Source: Micrococcales bacterium (GTDB taxonomy: Bacteria > Actinomycetota > Actinomycetes > S36-B12 > GCA-2699445). Taken from it: 60,084 bases of DNA. Under the pieces are notes generated by a model, which saw only the letters and a program-made list of their open reading frames with translations, did no database searches and was not told where the DNA came from. Shown in pieces: positions 50,451-60,084 of the stretch. Each line of letters starts with the position of its first letter. The stretch's first letter is position 1. The stretch is from NCBI GenBank assembly GCA_032127075.1, contig JAQAZZ010000068.1, forward strand, positions 1-60,084. Reading direction: 5' to 3'. Made by a program: the position numbers and the translations under genes.

Positions 50451-50842
50451 CGGACTGCAGCCCCCGCCTTGGTCACGCCCATCGAGATCGTGACATGCCC
50501 GTCGGCCACGGATGCAGCCACGGAGTCGACCAGGGCCGACAGCACGGTCCAGGAGAATGTGTTCGCCCGGGGGATCCGACCCGATTGGCTCGTGGAGGTG
50601 ATCGCGATGTCCACGCCGTGTTCGCCCGGCGTCCAGCGGCACACCAGGCCAGTCCCCGGCACCGCGTCAAGCAGGAGCAGCGAGAGCGCCTCATCCACGG
50701 CGAGGGTGAGGTCCTCCAACTGCTCCAGCGAGAAGTCCAACCGCGCGCAGATGCTCGACGTGGCCACGCGGGCGAGGGACAGGTAGGCGCTGGACGCGGG
50801 AATGTCGAGGCGCACCTCCCCGGAGATCGATGAGGCGGACAT
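50447..50842 (-). CDS. RsbW-like anti-sigma factor
   Basis: IPASSAYLSLAR, LEDLTLAVDEA, SWTVLSALVD; GTGA overlap with sigF. Confidence 0.88.
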   Translation of the reverse strand: MSASSISGEVRLDIPASSAYLSLARVATSSICARLDFSLEQLEDLTLAVDEALSLLLLDAVPGTGLVCRWTPGEHGVDIAITSTSQSGRIPRANTFSWTVLSALVDSVAASVADGHVTISMGVTKAGAAVR

Positions 50843-50846
50843 CGCG

Positions 50847-51248
50847 TCAGCCCTTCTTCGTCTCCCAGAAGATCTCTGCGATCTCGTCGATCTTCGACAG
50901 CAGCTGGTCGGCGACGGCGACGTCGGTGGTTCCCTTCGTCCCGCCCGCACCGGCGAGTTTCGTGGCTTCGTTGAACAGCCCGTTCAACTGCGGGTACGCC
51001 TCGAAGTGCGGGGGCTTGAAGTAGTCGGTCCACAGGATCCAGAGATGCTCTTTGACCAGGTTGGAGCGCTCCTCCTTGATGGAGATCGCCCTGGCGCGAA
51101 ACTCCGCGTCGTCAGACCCGTGGTACTTCTCCATGCACGCCTTCACCGACTGGGCTTCGATCTTGGCCTGTGCCGGGTCGTAGACGCCGCAGGGGAGGTC
51201 GCAGTGGGCGTGGAGGGTGGTGCTGGGGGACAGCAGTTTGCGGAGCAT
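50847..51248 (-). CDS. sodN: Nickel superoxide dismutase precursor
   Basis: Ni-hook HCDLPCGVYDP after 14-aa leader. Confidence 0.98.
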   Translation of the reverse strand: MLRKLLSPSTTLHAHCDLPCGVYDPAQAKIEAQSVKACMEKYHGSDDAEFRARAISIKEERSNLVKEHLWILWTDYFKPPHFEAYPQLNGLFNEATKLAGAGGTKGTTDVAVADQLLSKIDEIAEIFWETKKG

Positions 51249-51318
51249 TACTTTCCCTTCTGATCGCGGACGCCGCCTGTCTTCGACAGCCGACATGCGT
51301 GACCCTACCCTCACAGTT

Positions 51319-51669
51319 GTGCGCCTGCGATACCTCCCGGCCATCCGGCCGCCGTTGTTCACCGCGGCGGTCGCGGGAGACTCGATGCTGCCGGAGTACC
51401 GCTGCGGGGACTGGGTGCTGGTGCTGCGCACCCCCAGGGTGCGGGTGGGCGACGCCGTCGCGGCGCGAGATCCCCGCCAGCCGGACCGGATTCTCGTCAA
51501 GCGGGTGCAGCGCCGGGATCCGGACGGCTTGTGGCTGGTGGGCGACAACCCGTCGGCGTCCACCGACAGCCGCACGTTCGGCGCGGTGCCGCACGACCTC
51601 GTGCTCGGGCGCATCCTGCTGCGCTACTACCCGCTTCGTCGCCCGTCCTGGCGCAGCCCGTCGGGTTAG
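51319..51669 (+). CDS. sodX: Ni-SOD maturation protease (S26 family)
   Basis: GDSMLP, VKRV, GDN...STDSR.FG; divergent from sodN. Confidence 0.9.
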   Translation: MRLRYLPAIRPPLFTAAVAGDSMLPEYRCGDWVLVLRTPRVRVGDAVAARDPRQPDRILVKRVQRRDPDGLWLVGDNPSASTDSRTFGAVPHDLVLGRILLRYYPLRRPSWRSPSG

Positions 51670-52565
51670 CCGCCGCTGGTGCCCCGCTTGACGAAGTCGG
51701 CCCACTTGATGCGGGCGCGGCCGACCGCTGCTTGCTGGACGTTCCAGTCAGCGAGGATCCGGCCGTAGTAGCCGGTGTCGATCATCTGCTGCAGCGCCTG
51801 CTGGATTGCCCGCGTCAGGCTGGTGTATTCGGCGGCAGTGAGCATCCCCAGCAGCTTCATCGCGTAGACGCGACTCGCCGGCTCCAACTCGCCCGGGTAG
51901 CGGTCCACGATGTCCTGGGTCACCGGGCTGTCGGCGAGCAGGCCCTGCGCGGCACCGGTCAGCACCGCGTCGGTTGCCGACTCCTGGTCGGGGAAGGGCA
52001 CGACCTCCACCGACTTCTGCCCCGCCGAGCGGCAGTCGCGGGACTTCGCCACCAACTCCTCGATCTGTACCGAGCCCTCCAGCGCCGCCACGACCGCACC
52101 GCACAGGGTGTCCCGGCCCAACTCGGGGGCCGCGGCCGATCGCACCAACTGGGATCCGGCGCGCAGGTAGGTGACGGCGTTGTTCAGCTGGCGCTGGTCC
52201 TGGCGGATCGTCAGGCCAGCGACACCCAGTTCATAGCGGCCGGTGCGCACGGCGACGGGGATGGCGGTGAACGCCTCTTCCTCGAACTGCGGCTCCAGCC
52301 CCAGCACCGTCGCGATGCCCACGACCAGGTCGATATCGGCGCCCTGCACCTGCCCCTGCTCGTCGAGGAATTCCAGCGGGGGATAGGTGGGGTCGGTCGC
52401 CACTCGCAGGATGCCGTCCTTGCGGATTCCATCGGGCACCAGAGAAGAGATGGCCGGATCCTCCACCGGTACCGGCGGCTCCTCGGCAGGATCGACCGCG
52501 GACGTTCCGGTGCATGCGGACAGCAGCAGCGCCGCTGCCGCTACAAGTGTCGTCCGAGTCGGCAC
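51666..52565 (-). CDS. Polar amino-acid ABC substrate-binding lipoprotein
   Basis: LSAC lipobox; DPTYPPLEF, GADIDL. Confidence 0.88.
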   Translation of the reverse strand: MPTRTTLVAAAALLLSACTGTSAVDPAEEPPVPVEDPAISSLVPDGIRKDGILRVATDPTYPPLEFLDEQGQVQGADIDLVVGIATVLGLEPQFEEEAFTAIPVAVRTGRYELGVAGLTIRQDQRQLNNAVTYLRAGSQLVRSAAAPELGRDTLCGAVVAALEGSVQIEELVAKSRDCRSAGQKSVEVVPFPDQESATDAVLTGAAQGLLADSPVTQDIVDRYPGELEPASRVYAMKLLGMLTAAEYTSLTRAIQQALQQMIDTGYYGRILADWNVQQAAVGRARIKWADFVKRGTSGG

Positions 52566-52629
52566 ATATGCGAGGATGGCACACAGTGCCCTGCCCAGCA
52601 GCCAGTGTGGTCCGTCGGAAAGGTGAAGC

Positions 52630-53898
52630 GTGTCGCTGTCGTCTCCTGGCGGTGCCGGTTCCGGCGCCGGTTCCGGTGCCGATGGGCAGCGGTCCGAGCA
52701 GCGGTCCGAGCAGCGGTCACAGGATCTGGCGCATGACCCGGCCTTCCCGCTGCATCATGGTGGCAAGATCGAGGTCCGTCCCACTGTCCGCATCCGCGAC
52801 GCCGACGGTTTGGCCCTCGCCTACACCCCGGGTGTCGCCCGGATCTCCCGGGCGATCGCCGACGACCGCGACCTGGTCTACGACTACACCTGGAAATCCA
52901 ACACCGTCCTGGTCGTCACCGACGGCACCGCCGTGCTCGGGTTGGGCGACATCGGACCGGCGGCCGCCCTGCCCGTCATGGAGGGCAAGGCCCTGCTGTT
53001 CAAGGAGTTCGCCAACGTCGATGCAGTGCCGATCTGCCTGGACTGCACCGGCGTCGACGACATCGTCGAAACCGTCCGCAGGATCGCACCGGCCTACGGC
53101 GGGGTGAACCTCGAGGACATCTCCGCCCCCCGCTGTTTCGAGGTCGAGGAGCGACTGCAGGCGGCGGTGGATATCCCCGTGTTCCACGACGACCAGCACG
53201 GAACAGCGATCGTGGTGACGGCCGCGCTGATGAATGCCGCAGAAGTCACCGGTCGAACCCTCGCTGACCTCAGGGCGGTGGTGTCCGGTGCCGGGGCAGC
53301 GGGCGTGGCGGTGACCAACATGCTGCTCGACAGCGGGATCGGCGACATCGCCGTGGCCGATTCGCGGGGGCTCATCGGCACAGACCGTACCGACCTGACC
53401 CCCGTGAAGGAGAGGTTGGCGGATTCCACCAATCGCGGGGGCCTGACAGGATCGATCCAAGACGCACTGGTCGGTGCGGATGTCTTCATCGGAGTCAGCG
53501 CGGGGCGGGTGCCCGAATCCGCCGTGGCGAGCATGGCCGACGATGCCATCGTCTTCGCGCTGGCGAATCCCGATCCCGAGGTCGATCCCCGCGTGGCCGA
53601 GAAGTACGCCGCGGTCATCGCCACGGGGCGTTCCGACTACCCGAACCAGATAAACAACGTGCTGGCGTTCCCCGGCGTGTTCCGCGGGGCGCTCGATGTC
53701 CGAGCCACCCGGATCACCCCACGGATGAAGGTCGCCGCCGCCGAGGCCATCGCGGGCCTCGTGGAGAATGACCTGGCACCGGATCACATCATCCCCAGCC
53801 CCTTCAACCCGCGCGTGGCGATCGAGGTGGCCCGCCGCGTCGCGGAGGCCGCCCACTTCGACGGAGTGGCCCGCACAGCCAGCCCGGTGCAGACCTGA
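52630..53898 (+). CDS. NAD(P)-dependent malic enzyme
   Basis: YTPGVA, GLGDIG, NLEDI, FHDDQHGT, NQINNVLAFPG. Confidence 0.95.
   Translation: MSLSSPGGAGSGAGSGADGQRSEQRSEQRSQDLAHDPAFPLHHGGKIEVRPTVRIRDADGLALAYTPGVARISRAIADDRDLVYDYTWKSNTVLVVTDGTAVLGLGDIGPAAALPVMEGKALLFKEFANVDAVPICLDCTGVDDIVETVRRIAPAYGGVNLEDISAPRCFEVEERLQAAVDIPVFHDDQHGTAIVVTAALMNAAEVTGRTLADLRAVVSGAGAAGVAVTNMLLDSGIGDIAVADSRGLIGTDRTDLTPVKERLADSTNRGGLTGSIQDALVGADVFIGVSAGRVPESAVASMADDAIVFALANPDPEVDPRVAEKYAAVIATGRSDYPNQINNVLAFPGVFRGALDVRATRITPRMKVAAAEAIAGLVENDLAPDHIIPSPFNPRVAIEVARRVAEAAHFDGVARTASPVQT
52687..52718 (+). repeat. 12-bp tandem repeat in malic enzyme N-terminus (QRSE x3)
   Basis: cagcggtccgag cagcggtccgag cagcggtc. Confidence 0.8.
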
Positions 53899-53932
53899 TA
53901 CCCATGGCCCGCCGCCCTGCCGCAGGAGTCTG

Positions 53933-54898
53933 ATGTTCGCCGCCTACGCCGACTCGTTCAACCCTACCGATCCGCTGGCCGGCCTCGTGGTCGGCGAACG
54001 ACCCGAACCGCAGCCGCCCCCGGGCTGGTCGCGGATCTCGGTCAAGGCGGCCAGCGTCAACCACCATGACATCTGGACGCTGCGCGGCGTGGGCATCACC
54101 GCGGACAGACTGCCGATGATCCTCGGCTGCGACGCCGCCGGGATCGACGACGAGGGCCACAAGGTGCTGGCGTATTCGGTGATCGCCGACCCCTCGTTCG
54201 AGGACGAATCCCTCGACCCGGGGCGCAGCCTCCTGTCGGAGATCCACCAAGGCACCTTCGCCGACTATGTGATCGTGCCGACGCGCAACCTGTTGCCGTT
54301 GCCGGAGTCGATGTCCATGGTCGAAGCGTCGTGCCTGCCGACGGCATGGCTGACCGCCTACCGGATGTTGGCTGTGCGCTCCGACCTGCGGCCCGGGGAT
54401 ACCGTGCTGATCCAGGGTGCGGGCGGCGGGGTGGCCACCGCGGCGATTGCCCTGGCCCGCGTCATGGGTTTCCGGGTGTGGGCGACGTCGCGGGACGAGG
54501 CCAAGCGCTCCGCCGCCTTGCGGCTCGGCGCCCACGACGTCTTCGCCGCGGGCGCCCGCCTGCCCGAGCGTGTGGACGCAGTCATGGAGACGGTCGGCGC
54601 GGCCACTTGGGACCATTCGTTGAAGTCGCTGAAGCCCGGCGGCCGAATCGTGGTGTCGGGGGCGACGTCCGGGCCGAATCCGCCTGCGGATCTGGCCCGG
54701 GTGTTCTTCAAGCAACTGTCGGTAGTCGGATCCACGATGGGCACCCGCCACGAGCTCCAGCGGCTCATCCGGCTGTGCGAGACCACCGGAGTCCGGCCGC
54801 TGATCGCCGACGAGATGCCCATGACCGACGCACCCGAAGCCCTGGCCCGGATCGCCGAGGGTGATGTGTTCGGCAAACTCGTGCTCACCCGACCCTGA
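53933..54898 (+). CDS. MDR-family (quinone oxidoreductase-like) dehydrogenase
   Basis: VNHHDIW, GCDAAG, QGAGGGVA, GSTMG. Confidence 0.9.
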   Translation: MFAAYADSFNPTDPLAGLVVGERPEPQPPPGWSRISVKAASVNHHDIWTLRGVGITADRLPMILGCDAAGIDDEGHKVLAYSVIADPSFEDESLDPGRSLLSEIHQGTFADYVIVPTRNLLPLPESMSMVEASCLPTAWLTAYRMLAVRSDLRPGDTVLIQGAGGGVATAAIALARVMGFRVWATSRDEAKRSAALRLGAHDVFAAGARLPERVDAVMETVGAATWDHSLKSLKPGGRIVVSGATSGPNPPADLARVFFKQLSVVGSTMGTRHELQRLIRLCETTGVRPLIADEMPMTDAPEALARIAEGDVFGKLVLTRP

Positions 54899-54942
54899 CC
54901 CCGCGGCCTGGCTACTATTTCGCTGGGCGATGCGGAGGGGCC

Positions 54943-55119
54943 ATGTACGACAGCGACCGTGGTATCGAGGAGTTGCTGCAGCGGCGCGAGGCGGAGATGC
55001 TCAGCGTCGAATGGCTGGCCGAACGGATGAGGACGTTCGTGGACCTGCATCCGGACTGGGAGGATGCCGTGGGGCGCTTCGCGTCCTACCTGGCGCGCGA
55101 AGACGACGCCGACGACTGA
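54943..55119 (+). CDS. 58-aa conserved actinobacterial protein (DUF6104-like)
   Basis: MYDSDRGIEELLQRREAEMLSVEWLAERMRTFVDLHPDWEDAVGRFASYLAREDDADD; SD GGAGG; absent from ORF track. Confidence 0.85.
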   Translation: MYDSDRGIEELLQRREAEMLSVEWLAERMRTFVDLHPDWEDAVGRFASYLAREDDADD

Positions 55120-55315
55120 TCGGCGGGTGCGTTCCGCACCACCCGCGAGTCTGATTGTCAAGGGATCGAGGCCGGGTTGGTCCGTGCGATGGTTCGCGGG
55201 GTATCCGCTGGCGAATACCGCGACTCTCGGGGATAACATGACGCCGACGCGGTCGAGAGCGAACCCGTGACGGGTCGGACCGCGAACAACTCCGCTGGGT
55301 GATTGGAATCGTTGC

Positions 55316-56515
55316 ATGAGTCTTGTTGCTGCCCTGGCCACGCTGGTGCCCGCCGGCAAGGATGATCAGCCGTCCACCGTGGACGTGGAAGACACCGTTC
55401 AAGACGCCTGGAAGGACTTCTCCGACCCCAACTGGTGGGTCCAGGACTTCATGCCGACGGCCATCCGGGTCGCCGTGATCATCCTCATCGCGGTGATCGT
55501 GCGGTCGATGCTGATCAAGGCCGTGGAGAAGTTGGTCGACCAGCGCGTCGCCAAGCAGAACAAGGCGGCCGAGGCGCGTATGGCGTCGGAGTCCAGTCCG
55601 GCCACCTCGGTCATCGAGGCCCAGCGCCAAGCGCAGCGCGCCCAGACGCTGGGGTCGCTGTTCCGCAACATCATCACCCTGGTCGTGTACATCTTCGCCG
55701 GTCTCCTGGTCTTCTCGGAATTGGGATTCAACCTCGGCCCGCTGATCGCCGGCGCGGGCATCGTGGGTGTCGCGCTGGGCTTCGGCGCGCAGTCGCTGGT
55801 GGCCGACTTCCTGTCCGGGATCTTCATCCTGATGGAGGATCAGTACGGCGTCGGGGATGTGGTGGATGTCGGCGACGCCAACGGAGTCGTCGAGGAAGTC
55901 CAGCTGCGCGTCACCAAGATCCGGGGCGTCGACGGGGTGCTGTGGTTCGTCCGCAACGGCGAGATCGTGCGGGTCGGCAACAAGAGCCAGGACTGGTCGC
56001 GCACGGTGCTGGACATCAGCGTCGCCTACGGCGCCGACCTGCAGAAGGCCAAGGAGATCCTCACCCGAGTCGGCGAGGAGTTCGCTGAGGACGAGGAGTA
56101 CGGCGAGAAAGTCCTGGAGACCCCGGAGATGTGGGGCGTCGAGGACCTCACCGCCGACGGCGTCACCCTGCGGATGGTCGTCAAGACCAAGCCCGGGGAG
56201 CAGTGGACCGCCTCGAGGATCCTGCGGGAGCGGATCAAAGCCGCCCTCGACGATGAGGGCATCGAGATCCCGTTCCCCCAGCGCACGATCTGGGTGCGGC
56301 ATGAGGAGTCCCCACTGCTGGCCCCGCCGCTGCCGGGCAAGTCCGAGGAAGCCGAATCCAGCGAAGAAGTTGAGGTGGACGACCCCAAAGCCTTCACCGA
56401 CGATCCCGCCGGTTTCGAGGATGACGACAGTGGGGAAGACGACGGCGGCGATGGCGACGCCGACGGCGACGGCGATGGTGACGGTGACGGTGACGGTGAC
56501 GGCGGCGACCGCTGA
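55316..56515 (+). CDS. MscS small-conductance mechanosensitive channel with acidic tail
   Basis: GIVGVALGFGAQSLVADFLSG.FIL.EDQY..GD; GIEIPFPQR. Confidence 0.93.
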   Translation: MSLVAALATLVPAGKDDQPSTVDVEDTVQDAWKDFSDPNWWVQDFMPTAIRVAVIILIAVIVRSMLIKAVEKLVDQRVAKQNKAAEARMASESSPATSVIEAQRQAQRAQTLGSLFRNIITLVVYIFAGLLVFSELGFNLGPLIAGAGIVGVALGFGAQSLVADFLSGIFILMEDQYGVGDVVDVGDANGVVEEVQLRVTKIRGVDGVLWFVRNGEIVRVGNKSQDWSRTVLDISVAYGADLQKAKEILTRVGEEFAEDEEYGEKVLETPEMWGVEDLTADGVTLRMVVKTKPGEQWTASRILRERIKAALDDEGIEIPFPQRTIWVRHEESPLLAPPLPGKSEEAESSEEVEVDDPKAFTDDPAGFEDDDSGEDDGGDGDADGDGDGDGDGDGDGGDR

Positions 56516-56553
56516 CCACGGCGGGCGGCCGGAAGCCGCGGTCCCTGCCTGAT

Positions 56554-56575
56554 CGGTCGGTTCCCGCACCGACCG
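56554..56575. terminator. Hairpin between convergent mscS and kgd
   Basis: CGGTCGGT-tcccgc-ACCGACCG. Confidence 0.55.
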
Positions 56576-56580
56576 TCCGC

Positions 56581-59500
56581 TCAGGACAGGGCGGCGTCGA
56601 TGATGGCGCGCTGCTCCCGCTCGTGGCGGCTGTGGGAACCCACCGCCGGTGACGACGACGACGGCCGGGTGACGGGCGTGATCACCTGCTGGGTGACCTG
56701 CGGGTAGTTCATGGAGATGAACTGCCACGCGCCCTGGTTCGACGGCTCCTCCTGCACCCAGACGAACTCGGCGTCGCTGGGGTAGCGGCCCAGTTCGACG
56801 GGCAGTGTGCGGGCAGGCACCGGATACAGCCGCTCGATGCGCACGATGGCCACATCCTCAGCCCCTCGGCGCTTGCGCTCGGCGTCCAGTTCGTAGTAGA
56901 TCTTGCCGCTGCACATGAGGACCTTGCGGATCTTCTCCGGGGTCTTGGTCGTGTCGCCGATCACCGCACGGAAAGTCCCGGACGTGAACTCGCTCAGCGG
57001 CGAGGTCGCGGCCTTGGCGCGCAGCAGCGACTTGGGCGTGAAGATCACCAGCGGTCGGATCATCCGCGACAGCGACTGCCAGCGCAGCAGGTGGAAGTAC
57101 GACGCCGGCGTCGACGGGATCGCCAGGCTCATGTTGTCCTCGGCACACATCTGCAGGTAGCGCTCCACCCGCGCCGAGGAGTGGTCCGGCCCCTGTCCCT
57201 CATACCCGTGCGGCAGCAGCAGTGTGACCGCGGAGCGCTGCCCCCATTTCTGCTCGCCGGACGAGATGAACTCGTCCAGGATGGTCTGGGCGCCGTTGGC
57301 GAAGTCGCCGAACTGCGCCTCCCACATCACCAGCGCCTCGGGCCGCGCCACGGAGTAGCCGTACTCGAAGCCCATGACGGCGTACTCGCTGAGCAGCGAG
57401 TCGTAGACGGACAGCTTGCCGCCGTCGGCGTAGCAGCGCTTCAACGGCTTGTACTGCCAGCCGGTGGACTTGTCCACGATCACCGCGTGGCGGTGGCCGA
57501 ACGTGCCGCGGCGGGAATCCTGCCCGGACAGCCGCACCCAGCGGCCCTGGTTGACCAGCGAGCCGAAGGCCAGGGCCTCGCCCATGCCCCAATCGATCCA
57601 GCCGTCCTCGACCATCTGCGCCCGACGTTTCAGCTGGATGGCCAGGCGGGGATGAACATGGAAGCCCTCGGGCATGTGCAGCTGGGAGTCCACCACGAGC
57701 TTGACCTGCTCGTCGGTGATGGAGGTGTCCACCTCGGCGGCAGGCCGCTGCGGCTTCAGCACCTTGGCGCCTTCCCGCTCGACTTCGGCTGAGGTGGGAG
57801 TGAACGATTCACCCGGCGTCAGGGAGTCGCGCGTCTGTTGGAACACCTCTTCGAGCCGGGTCTGGAAGTGCTTCAGCGCCTCCTCGGCCTCTTCCACTGT
57901 GATGTCCCCGCGGCCGATCAACTGCTCGGTGTATGTCTTCCTGGTCGAACGCTTCTGGTCGATGATCGAATACATCATCGGCTGGGTGAGGCTGGGGTCG
58001 TCGGCCTCGTTGTGGCCGCGGCGGCGGTAGCACACCAGATCCACCACGACATCTTTGGCGAACCTCTGCCGGAACTCGAACGCCAGTTTGGCCACCCAGA
58101 CCACAGCCTCGGGGTCGTCGCCGTTGACGTGGAAGATCGGTGCCTGCACCATGCGCGCGACGTCGGTGCAGTACTCCGACGACCGGCTGTACTGGGGCGA
58201 TGTGGTGAAGCCGACCTGGTTGTTCACGATGACGTGTACGGTACCGCCGGTGCGGTAGCCCTGCAGCTGCGACAGGTGCAGGGTCTCCGCCACAACCCCC
58301 TGCCCGGCGAAAGCGGCGTCGCCGTGCATCAGGATCGGCAGGATGTTGTACCGGGTGTCCAGCGGCAACTGGTCCTGTTTGGCGCGGACGATGCCCTCCA
58401 GCACCGGGTTCACTGCCTCAAGGTGCGACGGGTTCGCGGCGAGGTAGACGGCCGCGGAGGCGCCGTCCTGGGCGACGTACTTGCCGTTGGTGCCCAGGTG
58501 GTATTTGACGTCGCCGGAGCCCTGCACCGAACCCGAGCCGTAGTTGCCCTCGAATTCCTGGAAGATCTGCGAGAACTGCTTTCCGCCGATGTTGGTGAGC
58601 ACATTCAGCCGGCCGCGGTGCGGCATGCCGATGCAGACCTCCTCGATGCCGTCGTGCACCGCGGAGTCCATCACAGCGTCGAGCAGCGGGATCACCGATT
58701 CGCCGCCCTCCAGGGAGAACCGCTTCTGGCCGACGTACTTGGTGTGCAGGAAAGTCTCGAAGGCCTCGGCCTCGTTCAACTTGCGCAGGATGCGCAGCTG
58801 TTCCTCCCGCGGCACCCGCTCATGCGGCACCTCGACCCGGTCCTGGATCCACTGCCGCTGGTCGGGATCCTGGATGTGCATGTACTCGATGCCCACGGTG
58901 CGGCAGTACGAGTCCCGCAGCACGCCCAGGATGTCGCGCAGCTTCATCAGCGGTTTCCCGCCGAAGCCGCCGGTGGCGAACTCCCGGTCCAGGTCCCACA
59001 GCGTGAGGTCGTGCTCCATGACCTCCAGGTCGGGGTGGTAGCGCTGGTGGTATTCCAGCGGGTCCACATCGGCGATGAGGTGGCCGCGCACCCGGAAGGC
59101 GTGGATGACCTCCTGCACGCGGGCGGTCTTGTTGAGGTCGGTGTCGTGGGTGGCCGAGACGTCCCGGGACCAGCGGATCGGCACATACGGGATCCGCAGC
59201 GAATGGAACACCTCGTCGTAGAAGCCGTCCTCGCCGAGCAGGAACCGATGGACGTGGCGCAGGAAGTCCCCCGACTGCGCGCCCTGGATGATCCGGTGGT
59301 CGTAGGTGGAGGTCAGGGTGAGGATCTTCGACACCGCGTTGCGGGCCAGCGTCTCCGCGCTGGCGCCCTGCCACTCTGCGGGGTATTCCATGGCGCCGAC
59401 GCCGATGATCGTCCCCTGGCCGGCCATGAGCCTGGGCACGGAGTGGACCGTGCCCAGGGTGCCCGGGTTGGTCAGGGTTATGGTTGTGCCGGCGAAGTCC

Positions 59501-60084
59501 TCCAGGGTGATCTTGCCGGTTCGGGCGCGGCGCACGAGGTCTTCGTAGGTCACCCAGAACTCGGCGAAGTCCATCGACTCCGCGCCCTTGACGCTGGGCA
59601 CCAGCAGCTGCCGGGAGCCGTCGGGCTTGGCCAGGTCGATGGCGAGGCCGAAGTTGACATGTGCGGGTGTCACCAGGGCCGGCTTGTCGTCGACGATGCC
59701 GAAGGAGTTGTTCATCTCCGGCATGAGTTTCAGTGCCTTGACGATCGCGTAGCCGATGAGGTGGGTGAAGGACACCTTGCCGCCGCGGGCACGCTTCAGG
59801 TGGTTGTTGATGACCACCCGGTTGTCGACCAGCAGCTTCGCCGGGATCGACCGCACGCTCGTGGCGGTGGGGATGCCCAGGGAGGCTTCCATGTTGCTCG
59901 CCACCCGGGCGGCGACGCCCTTGATGGGGGCTTCGGTGGTGTGGGTCGCGGTGTCCGGGGCCTGCGACACCTTGGGTGCGTTGAGGATGGCCGACGTGGG
60001 GATGCTGCGGTCGCCCAGCGGCGGCTGTGCCACCGGCTTGTAGGACTGGGGCGAGGGTTGGGCGGGGGTGGGGCTGGCGGGGGA
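56581..60084 (-). CDS. kgd: Multifunctional 2-oxoglutarate decarboxylase/dehydrogenase (Kgd/SucA), N-terminus outside window
   Basis: E2-like domain (TYDHRIIQG) fused to E1 ([29 protein letters not shown]). Confidence 0.97.
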   Translation of the reverse strand, partial: SPASPTPAQPSPQSYKPVAQPPLGDRSIPTSAILNAPKVSQAPDTATHTTEAPIKGVAARVASNMEASLGIPTATSVRSIPAKLLVDNRVVINNHLKRARGGKVSFTHLIGYAIVKALKLMPEMNNSFGIVDDKPALVTPAHVNFGLAIDLAKPDGSRQLLVPSVKGAESMDFAEFWVTYEDLVRRARTGKITLEDFAGTTITLTNPGTLGTVHSVPRLMAGQGTIIGVGAMEYPAEWQGASAETLARNAVSKILTLTSTYDHRIIQGAQSGDFLRHVHRFLLGEDGFYDEVFHSLRIPYVPIRWSRDVSATHDTDLNKTARVQEVIHAFRVRGHLIADVDPLEYHQRYHPDLEVMEHDLTLWDLDREFATGGFGGKPLMKLRDILGVLRDSYCRTVGIEYMHIQDPDQRQWIQDRVEVPHERVPREEQLRILRKLNEAEAFETFLHTKYVGQKRFSLEGGESVIPLLDAVMDSAVHDGIEEVCIGMPHRGRLNVLTNIGGKQFSQIFQEFEGNYGSGSVQGSGDVKYHLGTNGKYVAQDGASAAVYLAANPSHLEAVNPVLEGIVRAKQDQLPLDTRYNILPILMHGDAAFAGQGVVAETLHLSQLQGYRTGGTVHVIVNNQVGFTTSPQYSRSSEYCTDVARMVQAPIFHVNGDDPEAVVWVAKLAFEFRQRFAKDVVVDLVCYRRRGHNEADDPSLTQPMMYSIIDQKRSTRKTYTEQLIGRGDITVEEAEEALKHFQTRLEEVFQQTRDSLTPGESFTPTSAEVEREGAKVLKPQRPAAEVDTSITDEQVKLVVDSQLHMPEGFHVHPRLAIQLKRRAQMVEDGWIDWGMGEALAFGSLVNQGRWVRLSGQDSRRGTFGHRHAVIVDKSTGWQYKPLKRCYADGGKLSVYDSLLSEYAVMGFEYGYSVARPEALVMWEAQFGDFANGAQTILDEFISSGEQKWGQRSAVTLLLPHGYEGQGPDHSSARVERYLQMCAEDNMSLAIPSTPASYFHLLRWQSLSRMIRPLVIFTPKSLLRAKAATSPLSEFTSGTFRAVIGDTTKTPEKIRKVLMCSGKIYYELDAERKRRGAEDVAIVRIERLYPVPARTLPVELGRYPSDAEFVWVQEEPSNQGAWQFISMNYPQVTQQVITPVTRPSSSSPAVGSHSRHEREQRAIIDAALS

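Noticed and set aside
55175-55204. SigB/SigF-type promoter (GGGTAT) upstream of mscS
   Set aside because: No GTTT-like -35 at 14-16 nt spacing

Overview
High-GC actinomycete chromosomal segment. The gene order resembles the Streptomyces/Mycobacterium core; finer taxonomy cannot be fixed from the sequence. Positions 1-3.5 kb are a decayed genomic island at the 3' end of tRNA-Thr(UGU), containing a truncated tyrosine integrase, DctP and DUF1801 remnants and a degenerate att-like copy. The rest is mostly core genome: rlmB-cysS-ispF-ispD-carD, regX3/senX3/phoU, mshA-ybjN-gpmA-larE, csp, ideR, photolyase, pdxH-citA-serC, sqr, mrp/mgtE, sigH(sigR)-rshA-bL37, pdtaS-whiB1, sodN-rsbW-sigF/sodX, malic enzyme, mscS and kgd (partial). 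The most interesting signals are regulatory. (i) A His-less CsoR/CstR-type repressor gene overlaps ideR, and a shared GGATACCCGG pseudo-palindrome lies upstream of both ideR and a distant sulfide:quinone oxidoreductase. The sqr intergenic region also carries a near-consensus DosR box and two CRP-type sites, suggesting a candidate sulfide/hypoxia/iron circuit. (ii) A chromosomal ParA plus Lys-rich ribbon-helix-helix pair is coupled to pdxH. (iii) senX3 apparently starts at a non-canonical ATC codon and lacks a TM helix. (iv) An unannotated 28-aa membrane peptide leads a HEGDWE-domain membrane-protein operon. (v) larE appears without its partner genes. (vi) sodN sits 4 bp from rsbW-sigF. All family calls come from motif recognition by eye; no database search was run.
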